NCBI GenBank assembly: GCA_002189035.1
Contig: NEEC01000011.1
Coordinates: 868,001 to 932,000 of the forward strand
Reading direction: 5' to 3'
Length of the DNA stretch: 64,000 bases
From: Utricularia gibba
Taxonomy: Eukaryota; Plantae; Magnoliophyta
The notes beneath the pieces were generated by a model, which saw only the letters and a program-made list of their open reading frames with translations, did not search any database and was not told the origin of the DNA. Positions 48,216 to 61,364 of this stretch are shown piece by piece. The position numbers were made by a program, and so were the translations under genes. How positions within the stretch are numbered: the first letter of the stretch is position 1; each line of letters opens with the position of its first letter.

Positions 48216-49436
48216 TGTCACAAAATCTATAGACACCAAAAACAAATGGGTCAAAAAAAAAAACATCATCACTAGAAAAGCGATGAGACCCACATCTTGA
48301 AAAGCAATACACAACAAAAGAGCGTGTTTGGACAGCAGAGTAAAGAGCACAGGGAGGTTATGAGAACAACTCAGAGGAGTAGAAGGGACCCCTGGAGGAA
48401 TAAGGAGGAGAGTGCATCACCCACACTAACATACAAAGGGGTGAAGCAACAGTTTATCTGAGTTGAACTCTAAATTCTCCCTGGTCTCGATCTATGTAAA
48501 AAGAAAAAAAAAGAAAAAAAAGAAAAAAGAAGAAGAGAGAAGAGAATGAAAAGATTTGTATTAAATCTTAGAAGATTCGGATAGAAGATTTGATGAGAGC
48601 CCATTAAGAAAGCCCGAAAAATCCCCACCATTATATAAAGATCCAAACATGAAGACCTGAAAGGGAGGGAAGTGGTGGACGAGCAGAGAGTCAATATAGG
48701 TTTTAGAGTAGAGTCTAGTATGTTTTGGATTCCTTTCTCTTCGTTTTTCATCAACTTTTGTTGTTTAGAGTAAGCATGCGCGTGTGAGCGCTTGCGGCTG
48801 AGGATCTGTTGTGAAGCCTCGCTTGCGCAAGTTCTGCGCATGTGATTGTCTTACCATATTTTTCAGCATTTAATTTGAGGTCTGATTTTGTTTTTCGCAA
48901 CGTTTTCTTTACCAACGTGATCTTTAATACCATATAGCCCTAAGAGAGTGTGGGAGAATCAAAGGTTGACCTCAAGCACCTAAGGAGAAGGGCTCAATCA
49001 GACATCGTTGGTAAGGTACATTCTATCTAATCTGTCTACGATGTGAGAGGTGTAGGGATTAGATTTGGGTGTGGGGAAAACATGGGTTATCACAATAAGT
49101 GAAATGGCTCCGGTGGCGTGGTTGATTCCATAATCCCTCAAAACAAGGGACGGAGCTATATCGGTCATCGAGTAGCACTATTTTAGCATAACACCCCCAA
49201 AGCTTGCGCAAGCAGGTCAGTTCTCAAGGTTTGCATATACACAAAGGGCGAGTTTCAAGTAAGGTGGATTTTAAATCCAAGGCCACTTTTCTTATTTTCT
49301 TCAAAACCAAATCTTTCTTTTGTTTTCGATCTTTTTGAATCTTTGTTTGAAAATAATATTCTAATAACAATTTCCTATGGATACGATCTTATTTTATTAC
49401 TTCAACGGTTTCTGTGCACTTACAGAATTACCATCA
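48216..49436 (+). repeat. Ogre/Tat-like LTR, truncating the Athila 3' region
   Basis: TGTCAC start after an ATGGGGGA tract; TATATAAA; end motif GGATACGATC...TATTACTT...GTGCACTT...CATCA. No matching TSD. Confidence 0.55.
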
Positions 49437-49479
49437 AAATGATTTCACTTGCATCTAAAAATTCAAAATTCCTAGGCAT

Positions 49480-50040
49480 TGGAATCGACTGATAGCAAAA
49501 AAAGGACACATTATGAAAATATCATCAACATAGACTGCAATAGCATGAAATATTGTTGAAGTTTTTTTCACAAAAAGGTAAGAACTTGATAAGGACTTGT
49601 TGAAATCCAATGAGTTTATGAAACAAGTAAGTTTCAAGTTTCATTGTCTATCAGCTTTCTTTAGACCATAGAAAAAGTGTTTCAGTTTGTATATTAAACC
49701 CAAGTGTACCTGATATCACAGAGGTTGCTCCATATAGTGTTTATTGATAGAAACACATAGGACAGCATTGTTGACACCTGTTTGATGTAGATGCCAGTCT
49801 ATTTTCACTATAAATGCAAGCAAGGTTCTTATTCTAATGATCTTATCCATAGACAAAAAACCATAGGTAAAATCTCCGCCTTCTATTTGAGTGTATCCTT
49901 TAGCAACAAGGCATGCCTTGTATCGAGCAATTGTAGCATCATGGTATTTTTTTTATTTTGAAAATTCATTTACAACCAATGATCTTTTCCTTTGAAGGGA
50001 ATATGATTACTTTCCAAGTGTGATTGCCCTCCAATGCTTG
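49480..50040 (-). pseudogene. Ty1/copia reverse transcriptase remnant
   Basis: The minus strand gives IARYKACLVAKGYTQIEG, YGLKKA and AIAVYVDDIF. Confidence 0.85.
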
Positions 50041-50240
50041 AATCTCAAGAGTCATGCAATCTTCCCACACTTGTATTCAATTGGTTTTACTAGCCAAAGT
50101 GCTGGGTTCTTACTTGGAAATATTTCGTATCATTACACAAATGAACCCAAGACTCAAATACAGCAGCGCTTACATGGTCACAGCCGATGAATATTTAGAG
50201 CAAAGTATACATCTTACACTATCGGGAAGCAACACCTCTT

Positions 50241-50684
50241 CCAAAATCGGCTCTTTACAAGAAGAAATTGGTTAATGAAAGAAGGGGTCCATAACTTCAA
50301 TTGAAACAATTGATTTGACTGATCCTGCTCCCACTACAACATTTTCAAATAGGGTATATCAAGAGGAATAGCTACCGAAGGTATCTATCTAGCACTAGAT
50401 CCTTTAGATTTAACCAAAACGATGCTTCAACCTTGTATTATCAGACATGAACATTATGAAACTGTTCAAAGAGTTAAACAAACTTTACAATGCTATAAGA
50501 AACTTCAAGACATTATAGCTATTCTTGAGTTGGAATAATTATCCAAAGCAAATCATTCTTCCAATTTATCCTTTTTGGAGAATTAAAGGATCTTTCAGAA
50601 TAGGCCTTTTATTTGGAAGTTAGTATGGGTGAAGCTACAACGAAGTCAATAAAATTAAAAATGGAGAGCAGTTTGAAAAAATGA
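50241..50684 (+). pseudogene. atpB: NUPT: atpB 3' remnant
   Basis: [58 protein letters not shown], ending with the overlapping ATGA. Confidence 0.93.
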
Positions 50685-50965
50685 CATTAAATCTTTGGGA
50701 TTCTGAAAGCAAGAAATTATTTTACGAGGAATAGTGGACAAATTGGCATATTACTAAACCATCCCCCTATTGCTGCAGCTATAGATATTGTATCTGAGAA
50801 TACGACTTATAGAATAGTGGTTAATGATGGCTCGCATCGGTGATTTTGCTAGAATAGGAAATCACAAGATGAATGTTTTTGTAAATAATGTTGAAAAGGG
50901 TGATGATATTCATCCACAATAAGCTCATCAAACTCTTGAAATAGCAAAAGCTAATTTGAGAAAAG
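50681..50965 (+). pseudogene. atpE: NUPT: atpE remnant
   Basis: ATGACATTAAATCTT, GGACAAATTGGCATATTAC, TTTGCTAGAATAGG, GCTCATCAAACTCTTGAAATAGC; overlaps the atpB stop by 4 nt, as in plastomes. Confidence 0.9.
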
Positions 50966-51191
50966 GGAAGCAAGAATATGACCCAATAATGTGGTTTCAT
51001 AACTCATTATAAAAAAAAAAAGTTATATTTCGAGCCCAAAGCCCAAAGCCTATGTTGATTGGATTCACTCGAAAGAATCCAATCAAGCAGAATTGGTTTC
51101 AGATACAAATCGACAATGAAATATAAAAATAATAAAAAAATGTAGGAAAAATACTCATTAAATACCATTGACTTCGGTATCTAATAAGTTA

Positions 51192-51247
51192 TAACTAATA
51201 TTGGATTTGAACCAATGACTCCTGCAGTATGAAAGCAATACTCTAAC
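51192..51247 (-). pseudogene. trnM: NUPT: trnM-CAU remnant
   Basis: TATTGGATTTGAACCAATGACTCC..GTATGAAAGCAATACTCTAAC is the reverse complement of the plastid trnM core. Confidence 0.88.
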
Positions 51248-51450
51248 TCTAACCAGCAAGAATATATAAACAAGGAGATCTAAATAAATGGATCCCCTAC
51301 CATCCATGGATTATAAATATCATATTGCTTCTTAGCAATAATAATCTATCCAATACTATTACAAAATGGACAATGTTGGATTCTAGAATATCCTCTTGAC
51401 AAGAAACAAAATCCATAATAAAATAGACATTACAAGCATGAATAGTCACC

Positions 51451-51860
51451 AAGTGCCATGCTCAATTAGCAGAGCACGTCATTTGCATGCACTGGCGGAG
51501 CTTCAACGTTTTTTTCAAGCTGGAACGAATCAAAAAAATATATGATAAATTTTTAAATAGGAATACAAAATACATAATGCATAATTAAAATAATACAAAA
51601 ATATTACATTACAAGCCAGCACTTCCTTACTTCAAATTCTTGAAATCTCTAATAATATCAAAATTATCATATTTTTCTATAATTTCACCTTCTATAAACT
51701 ATGAAGGGTTGACAATAGAATTATCTTTCATCCTATTATGCAATATATTGTTTATTATTATGCGAATTAATCCAACTAGTTCTATTTCTATTGATGATAT
51801 TCCATATTGATTACAGACAAAAGAGAGAATGTACTTAAATAGCGGAACTCCTTAATATTG
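51451..51860 (+). pseudogene. trnV: NUPT: trnV-UAC 5' exon and intron remnant, interrupted by a probable hAT MITE fragment starting at about 51490
   Basis: GCTCAATTAGCAGAGCAC resembles the trnV 5' exon; TTGACA promoter box upstream; TTCCATATTG..GAGAGAATGTACTTAAATAG resembles the intron; CACTGGCGGAGC resembles hAT MITE ends. Confidence 0.6.
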
Positions 51861-54800
51861 TATGTTGTTTTTTCTTTAGAAGGGAATCATGTAAAATTGT
51901 AAGAGTTGGGTGCCTATAACTTACAGTGTCATACAAGGCTTGGTGATTTTGCACACTGAGTGGTTCACCATTTGTTTGTCTTTTTTGTAATTTTAATATT
52001 GTTAATCATTGATTTTAAGAATAAATATTTATTCATTTAATTAACTAATCAAAATCTTATTTATTTTACTTAATTTTCTCATATTTTCATCCACATTCAT
52101 CTTGTTTGCTTGATCATTACCGATTAATTGTCGTCGTCGTCAACCATTTAAAATTCTACGATTATTATTGGATATCGCTTTAATTTTCATTTATTTTTTG
52201 TGAATGATGAATTTTTCATTTAAAATTTATGTTTATGAAATTTTTGATTTACTAAGTCCATCATATACTATGTTTTCTGAATATCAAAACAATCTATCTT
52301 AATAACAGAACATAATTCATTGTTTAGGAACAGAACATAAGCACATTTTTCAATCAAATATGCGCCGGAATTTTTCAAATACATCTGTTTCATGGCATAT
52401 TTTCATTTTTCGAAATATACCCCCTTTGCATTTGTTTGAAATATAAAAGGTCATGTATTTGATGAGGATTACTGAAGTTGATGTCATGAGAAGAAATAAA
52501 TAGGATTACTGATTTACTGATGTCAGACAAAATCAAAAAGAGAAAAAGATTTTTAAAAAAATTATAAAAATTAATTGAATAACTTATTTTTATTCTTTTA
52601 AGGATGGGACTGAGCTCTATTTGCCCAAACCCAAGCTCCTGGCCAATGTCTTTCTAGGAAAAAAAAGGGATTATCGACCACTCAACTTCTTAGTTCATAA
52701 AGAATGAAGCTGAGCATATGGAACACTCTTTTATCTTACTTTTCTTTTTAAGAGAAAAAATGGTAGATTGAGTCTGTCAAAATTATAGTCTGCTGCGTAG
52801 CTTTGACTTGGGCGTTTAAATCATGCTATAAACAAAATGTTGATAAAAAATTACTTAAAAGGAATTCTTAACTAACAGCAGAAAACTGAAAGCAAATGTT
52901 TTGCAATAGATCCAATCAAACCTTCTCCAAATGTAAATATACAAAGAAACCAACCCTTCGTCATTAATTTAATCTTCAAAATTAAATTCCATGGGAATTT
53001 TTCTGCCCAGAACCAAGTGAGAGTAATATCTTTGGTATGACTGATCTTAGTGAATTTATGAAGAGAAAATAATACCACCTAAATCTAAAAAATAACCTGA
53101 TATATTAGTTTTTGTTGAGAATCTAAAGTTTTTTGAAAAACGAATCTATTTGCTTTGACACGTTTCATGATAAATTTCATGGCCCACAATGGAAAATTGC
53201 TTTGTCTTCGTTACCTTAATAAAAAAAGTGAATGGTAGTCATTTTCTCAATAAATGAAAATTTCTCGTTGTCACAAAGATTGAAATATTCATATCAAATA
53301 AAATTTGTAACTCCAAGTGCATATAATTTACAAGTCTACATAATATATGTAGTGGCATTCAAGATCGACTACAAATAATTGATACTTGTGGAGGGAAATT
53401 TCATATATTTTTATCATCATATTTGATTTTAAATGTTAGTTAGAACTAACATTAAATAATCAACAAGATATAAAATTATAGAAAGCAATATAATGAACAC
53501 TTGGAACTTTAATAAAAAAAGTATGTCCCGTTAACTTTTATCTTAGAACTCTAAGGTGTCAACTAACTTTAGATGGACTATATCTACCGAATCAAACTTT
53601 ATGATTTTTCAGTTTTATATCTTCTTAAATTTTCTAAACCATCTTATACTTAAATATATCATTTTAAAACAAATAAGATTAAGTCAACTCGATCATATTG
53701 ATCTCTATTTAAAATAATTCTCTATATAGATATATTCCAACTCTTTGGTCTAACTTTAAGTTAGATATTTTTTTCTTCTTTCACTTCTATTTTCAATTAT
53801 TACACATGTAAACAAAATTGACATCCTTTTATATGTATTGTTATGATATATTTATTTTTATTAGTGAATTAAATTTGTTTTAACTTATGAGGATGATAAG
53901 ACTATATTAATGTAATTTTATTTATTTACATATGAAAGCTCATTAATAATGTAAGATATAATATAAGAGATATATTAGAATACACAACTAACATCCATTT
54001 TTAATAAATTTTTCAATCATTTTGCATTTTTAGTAATCTTACTATGGTATAAAACTAGATCCATGATTAAGATTAATCAAAAAAAATGCACCTAGAACTG
54101 CACAAGCATGACAACGAGGAGTTATAAAAATACATTAAGTAATGATCAGTGATGATATATACAAAAATAAGTCAATATTAATCAAGTGTGTGTTGATGAT
54201 CCAACATTAATCAAGTGGATGTCAATCCCAGTATTGCATCACCATATATCACGGGTGCATTGTTGAACTTATGCACCCAACAGAATTGTGACAATCCTAT
54301 CTCAAAATGTTCACTATCCAATCGTAGATCCGACAATCCCATTTGTCTCCATCATTACACTCTATGAACCTATTGCTAAAAAGGTCTAAAATAGCTTACA
54401 GTATGTTTACAAAAGGCAATGACCTAGCATCCACAAGGGAACTATTCATGGACTCACCATGACTAGTGAGAAGTATATCATGCTTAGTATTTTCTAAAAA
54501 AAAAGGTTCTATTCCAGTATTATGATAATATCTCTATTATGTAAGTCCATGCCACCACATTATAATTTCTGAGTTTGTCAAATCATGTATTAATTCATAT
54601 TGATTCCATGTTTGTGCAACCTTCCAAACACATGTCGCCACAACATCATCTAAGTGGCTTGTTATGTTCAGTTATTGATGATATGCTTGACATAATAAGG
54701 ATAATGAAAGATAAAATAAAAGTAATATATCAACTAAAATAAGGCTACAACAACATCAAAGAAAATAAATTAAAATATAACTTGAACATTTGGAAGCACG

Positions 54801-55178
54801 ATATACAATGTCGATAACCATTGATAATACATATTTTTGAGTATTTAAAAATAGGAAAAGAATTAATATTTTGCTATAAAACTCAGATTTTATTATGTAT
54901 CTCTGCGTCTCTGTGATTAGTGGCATTGTTTGCGTCTTTTATTCCTAATTGAAATTAAATCTTTAGTCTCAATCTTAATTCTAATCGTTTTCTTGAATAA
55001 TGCAAATCCCAATGGGCTGAAATGTATGGAGTGGATGCATAATAAAAAGAGGACAAAAGAAAAGAAAGAAAAATATCAAATCCCAAGAAGATCAAAAAGA
55101 GATTTTGAGAATAATGAGAAGTAAGAAAATATCTTTTACACTTTGAACAACGGGCCTCACAATTTTGGTGAGGGATCT

Positions 55179-55746
55179 TGATACGACCCTCCAATCAACA
55201 AGTGATTGGCAAACCAGATCTTGGTTGAAAAAAAGCAATCCCTCCAGAAAAAGAAGTTGGCCCTCAAGGATTGAAAGATTCTTGCAACCCAAACTATGAA
55301 ATGTACCACACTCACAGAATCAAGGAAGGAATTGGAAGTGATAAACCACACACTAGACACCACAAGTAAGGCTTGATAAGTCTAAGTTCTACAAAAACTC
55401 AAGGAAAGAGAATAGCTCTCAAAAGTGATTATAATCAAAGTTGTTCAAAACAAAAGTAAGACCTTCTTATATAGATGAAGGATTGGGCCTTATTGGAGGA
55501 AAAGTAGTAATAATAATGTATTTGGTAATAATGGTCATCCTCTAATCAAGTTGATCCACTTTGAAAATGTTGAATTCCATGCCAAACACCTCATAGCTTG
55601 GTTGATTGCCCCATAAGCTCTTAATCACTTCTTGATTACTTTTTGATCTTAATCTAGTGATTGGTCCAACTGAAATCAATGGAGGATTATTGATTTTGTG
55701 TCCTTTATCTTCATTGGGATAATTTGTAGCATCCATGATCTCATCA
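55179..55746 (-). repeat. CRM-type (centromeric chromovirus) solo LTR, 568 bp
   Basis: TGAT...ATCA termini, exact TSD GATCT (55174-55178 and 55747-55751), and the GPITRLRSK motif that CRM integrases extend into the LTR. Confidence 0.9.
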
Positions 55747-55779
55747 GATCTTGTAGGAAATCGTAGCAAAACGGTAGAG

Positions 55780-56300
55780 AATGAAGAAAACGAAACAAAG
55801 AACCTAGCTTACCTCTAAACTTTCCTTTATTTATCAGGAATACTATTCCTAACTAGGAGTAGTTTTAGCTTTTTACGCAAACTATTTATGATTTTTGTTT
55901 CTATTTATGTTTATTTGTTGTCGTTGCACTGTCATGAACATGATTTGATTGCTATGTTATGAACGTGTTTCATTTTACTTAAGCATGAGTAGCTAAATAC
56001 ACGTAATGCCTTGAGGTTGAAGGGAGTGTGCATGATTATTGCTTATTAGACTACCTAGCTGAGTAATCATACTAATTCCTTATCAAACTAGAATAGATAC
56101 ATGAGAGGGAATTAATGATATTCATCATAAATAAACCTAATTAGAAGTAGATCAAATATTAGAAAAAAGAAGGGTTTAGATAGACTTAAATCATTCATTT
56201 ATTAGGTGCATGATTGTTGGGTTGGAAGGATTAAGTCTAGCAATGATCATGTCACTTTTGAAAACTTCAAGGCATTGTATCATCAATAATCTACCATAGT
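55780..56300 (+). repeat. Internal fragment of an Athila-type LTR
   Basis: TTAAGCATGAGTAGCTAAATAC resembles 23607-23628 in the solo LTR. Confidence 0.5.
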
Positions 56301-56519
56301 CTTAGCTTAGACATATCTTTTTACCGAAAACAACATGCTCCTTGTGTTCAATCCTCATATTTTTTGTATGATTGATTATGAACGTATATAATTTTATTTG
56401 ATATGTGAATTTACAATTTTAATGACTTGCATAATTTTTCATTTATCAACAATGCTTTTCCTCAATCATACATCATTGTACAGTCATCCTAATTCTTTTC
56501 AAATAACTAAGAATTTAAT

Positions 56520-56700
56520 GAACCATATCCAATTACTCTCCGTTTTACCTTTAACAACACCAAAAACCGAAGGAAAGACACCATTGTTAGGGTCAAGTCT
56601 AACAGCAACTAGCAAAGTTCCTTTTAATATATCTAAAGTGTGTGTGCCATCTAGGTTCATAGTGGTCGTCAATGATGAAATCCATCTTTTACATGTCTAA
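56520..56700 (-). pseudogene. MULE/MuDR transposase fragment (more decayed pieces may extend to about 57950)
   Basis: The minus strand gives NLDGTHTLDILKGTLLVAVRLDPNNGVFPSVFGVVKGKTESNWIWF. Confidence 0.85.
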
Positions 56701-59532
56701 GTAACTCACAATAATGAATTAAAATTCAATTAAAAGATAGCTATCGATTACATATTTATACCTTTTGACATATATAGATGGATTGTATCCTTCCAATTGT
56801 TTCGTTTTCCAAAGATTAACTCTCCTATATCAAACAAATAGAATCTGGATTTCTTTTTCACAAATTGTGACAAAAGCTTTTCAGGTTTCCAAAGTCAAAA
56901 TCTAAGCCTCACTCATATTGACTGATAACTTTGTTGCGTGTTTTTAGTAGCTTATGTCTCAACACCTTGGACTCATTTTCTTTAGATACATAGGGCAGCA
57001 TCTTTGGTAATGATCAGCAAGAATCATCAACAAACTAGTTTCTAAACTTTCATAGTGTGTAATCACTTGTAATCATTTTCTATGTACATTTTTATCCTCT
57101 TTGCAATATATATGTAAAAACTAAAATTTTTCTTCTCAACTCTTCCTTTGCACTTCACAACAAGACGATAATTTACAAACTTTATCCACATCGGACAAAA
57201 GCAATGTCATATGATATAATCTTCCTTAGCTCTTTTTGCTTGTTCTTTGTCCAGGAAATTCAAACCTTCACTACAAAATAAAAAAGCAACATGTACATGA
57301 AAATATACATTTTAGTAATCAACATGGCATCCATAAATCTCAAGTTAAACCACTCACAACAAATCATGTTTAGTCCAACCGTCGTTTTCATTGTAGTAAA
57401 TCATGCAAGCATCCTTAAAATCAACCAAACCTGATTTTTTTGAATTGCTTTTGCTTGATTTCACCCTTTTTAGAAGGTGATACATCTTGAGATAAACATT
57501 GTTTTGATTGAGGGATATCATCTTCTGTTTCGTGATAGTGTTAGATGAAAATCTAAATTAATAACAATGTTGGCATCATCCGACAATATATATTCTTCTG
57601 AAAATATATTATTGGATACGATAAATTTTTATAAATAACAGAAGTATTACAAACGTATGTAAAAAGTAAAGAAAATTGAAAAAAATTACATACATCCATG
57701 AATGTTAGTGTCCATCTTTCAACAATCATACCACCAACAACAATAAAGATATACAATGGGGATCTTATCCATATGACCTTTTTTCCAAAAATAGCAATAT
57801 GTGCTATGAAAATAAGAGCTTCATTGGTACACAACATAGGTCATCTGAAAGATCCAGAAGACCCAACCTATTTATTCAATACTATAAAAATGATTTACAT
57901 CGAAAAGTATAGGAGAGAGATCTAATATGCCTTCTTTCCTATTTTGGAAGATGAAGAATTCTAATTTTAGAGTATTCCTCTACTGCCTCTTGATCAGTGA
58001 CAACAATATCATCACTAACGGTTCTACCAATTGATAGCTTTCGACAAATAATTGAAATTGCTTTCCCTTACCACGCGAATTTGTGATTCATCATACGGAT
58101 TGCTTTTCAGAGCATAGAGAAAGTACTAGTCCTCCTCTTGAGAAATAAATAATACTTTCTTTTCTTGGTTGGACCAAGGCGTTATTCAATTTTTTTTTTT
58201 TTACTGCAGATATAAAGTAAGGAAACCCATAAGAAATTGATGCACACGCTGCTCCTCTTGAGAAATAAAAAATCATTTTTTCATGAGACATTGGAGCCGA
58301 CGAAATTCACCCTACCATGTTCAAGAATAAAATTTTTTTTTCATTATTTTACTATCAAAAACTTGATTCTTAATCGATTTATTGACATCCGATCATGGCC
58401 CCTAATCCTTGAAGAAGATTAACTCGTATCCTCTACTAGAATATCATACAACTATGAAAATTTTTTTAAAAAAAATGTTATGCTATCGATTTAGTAGAAT
58501 TTTTTATGTTAAAAGCGAAGCATACCAGGGGTGTCAATTCCACCTAGAAAGTAATGGGTTACTTAGTAGAGAAAACTCCTCCAGTCTGAGCTAGTCAACA
58601 GAAACAAGTAAGAGATTGAACCAATTTTCTTTTTGGATTTACAAGAGAACCAGAAGTGGTGTCGATTATTCAAGAATCGAAGTCAGAAAATACAATATGA
58701 GCTCCAGCTACACCTTTACTGACGCACAAAAAAACTATTTTGTTGAGAACCACAGTACTAAGAGCAATATTCTCGATGAGAAAAACAAGGAAAAGCAAAT
58801 ACACAAACACGGATTGAAAGTGCCATCGTAAATTAATACACAAGATTTCATCCCATATGAGTGGAATGTTCAAAACCTTGATCATGAGATGTATAATTGT
58901 CACTAATTCTTTCCAATCGCAAACCGTCCTCTCCCTGAACGTCTCTTTTGCATTGGAAGAATGGACTAAATCAATTAAATGAAGATTATGTGGGAAGTGA
59001 AGCAAGAGTTTGCTCCGCTGAAAGAAACTCCATTGCCGTTCACCAGAAGGGATCTAGTGCCGGCACAGTATTTTGTTGGGTGATTTGTGAAAGAGTTTGA
59101 GAAGTAACTACTCGTTTCATTAATAGAATTCTGCGGAAAGCCGTATTCGAAGGAGAGTCGGAAAAGATCGTTGGGTCAATGAAATTCCGAGGAATAATAA
59201 AATTATCTCTTTTTCTAATAGCTAAGATTAAAGAGAAAAATATATTTAAAATATTTATATGATATTCTTATTATTCTAAAAAGTATTTTTTATTCAAATT
59301 GAGGGTGGATTAGAGACCTCAAAGGAGATTGAGAATGTGCAGCAGATGGACATTCTCAATAGGCCCCCTGAGTGATCTTTATTTATTTATTTATTTGTTG
59401 AATTAGTAAACGTGGATAAAGATCAGCACAATGTTATTCATTAATCATACTGATTAGTGTACCCATCGTATTTTATTTTCCTGATGGTTGATCAAGTAAT
59501 GAAAATCATTTAAAGAAATATCTTTCAATACA

Positions 59533-59571
59533 ACAGTACCAATATCCACTAATCGTTGTTTCCAGATACGG
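59533..59571 (-). other. nad7: NUMT: 39-bp mitochondrial nad7 fragment
   Basis: Reverse strand CCGTATCTGGAAACAACGATTAGTGGATATTGGTACTGT (RIWKQRLVDIGT). Confidence 0.8.
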
Positions 59572-59805
59572 GTTTGGATTCAGCAGCAGTTCAAAAGGTT
59601 ACAACATCGCTTCTAGAAATGTGTTGAGAAACCATTCGTAAAATTCTGCCATCTCATCTGAAACGTTACCACAACAAAAAATGGTCAAGATGATGAGAAT
59701 GTGAACTCCCAGCCCATGTGTTGGAGTGATGCCTTCTTAATCTGAAAAACAAATTCCCAATTTAAGTGTTTCCACGCCTCATCCTCTTTCTACTTAAGGT
59801 AAAGG

Positions 59806-59843
59806 GAGACAAGTGTATGCATTTCGATTAGGCTCGTATTCTA
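59806..59843 (-). other. rpl2: Short rpl2 fragment (plastid-like)
   Basis: Reverse strand TAGAATACGAGCCTAATCGAAATGCATACACTTGTCTC (EYEPNRNAYTCL). Confidence 0.7.
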
Positions 59844-61331
59844 GAATTTCTGGTTTTTTTTATTTTCTTTGAGTGCTTCCTTTCTTATATTATATAAATG
59901 AATCTCTTTGCTTTGACATGTTTCTTGGTTACTTTGTTCATCTAGTTGGATGTCACCTCTTTCATTTCATGTCAACAAACTTACTTTCTGTGCAAAAATT
60001 AGGAAATGAGCACATTAATATATGAATGGTTTCAGAGTTACCATTTCAATCCAAAATTCTCTTTATTCCTTCGCTCATAAATATAAGTAATTGCAATTAC
60101 TCTTATTGCTTTATCAGTAGATATAGATACATGTCTATGTGAGACATATATTGAAATGAAGGATTCGTCGAGTCTAGCGAGCATAATTGAAGTCTAAGTA
60201 TACAAGAAACGTGGATTACATTAGTAAAAATTAGATCTAACCAATTACTAATTATTTGTAATATTTTATATACTTGATTATTTCACTTTCAAGTCTTAAT
60301 ACGGTATTATTTGTTTTAATACTCGTTCTCAAGTCGAACTGGTATTTGATCCAATTAAGAATAGTTTTTGTATGATTTTAGATAATACTTGGATCATAGA
60401 TAAATCTAGTTTTTTTCATCTAAGTGCAATGCATCTATTTGTTTTTTTAACCAAAACTTGGGTCAACACAAAATCTATCTTGGGCACCTAAGCTATGCTG
60501 CAAGGCAAATGCTATGATACTATAATAAAATTAAAGATTCAATGGGTTGGATGAGTACATGTAAAACTCAAATACATAAAAAACATGAATCATATTAGAA
60601 AAGATGAGATTCAACCAATCATTAGTGATCTACAATTTCTTATATTCTTAATTATTTTACTTTAAATTTGAATGTGAAATTATTTGTTCTAATAACATAT
60701 ACTTCTAAAAAACCTACAAAGAAACGATACAGTGAATCAAACCACTCACTTCGTTCGAGCCCTTCACACTCCTGCATTATTTCCTACCGCATTGAACTTT
60801 GCTAATAAGGAAAGAATACATGTGAATTATATTTTATATTAGTTCGTACTGTACAGTTATGCTCTTAGGAACGAAGCACTCAACAGAAAGGATGTATATA
60901 CATACAAGCCAAGCAGTTACTTTTTCCTAAGAAAGATACAAACGCATCTATTGTGCGTAGACTAAATAATACAATGCAAGCAAAAGTTTCTATATTCATG
61001 GTGATATAGAATAGCATATAAGTTATCATGCTTGCATATCCATCACTTGAGTCTCCAACACTTCTTCCAATAATTACATATCTAATTTGACCACCAATGG
61101 ACGCATGGAACATCACAAATTCTATATTTTCGACAACCTGTCGCCTTCTTGTAGCGTGGTAGGTTTTCCCTTCAGAATTTGTTTCTTCAGCCACTCCACC
61201 CTTCGACTTCTCTTCTCAGCCTGAAAGAAATAAAAAAAATAATTTTAAATTTAATTTAAATAATCCCTTGGGTCGGAAGGCGTTAGGGGAAGGCACAAGA
61301 CTACTAATGAAGTAATAGAACTAAAAGAAGG

Positions 61332-61364
61332 AAATTCATGTTTCTATAATCAATTCGATCCCCC
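61332..61364 (-). other. rps18: Short plastid rps18 fragment
   Basis: Reverse strand GGGGATCGAATTGATTATAGAAACATGAATTT (GDRIDYRNM). Confidence 0.72.

Noticed and set aside
52872-53078. LIGSIAK resembling matK
   Set aside because: A seven-residue similarity only, out of plastome order, with no flanking support.
60880-61230. 104-aa minus-strand ORF or exon-like segment
   Set aside because: No known domain, non-ATG start, and located in the organellar patchwork.
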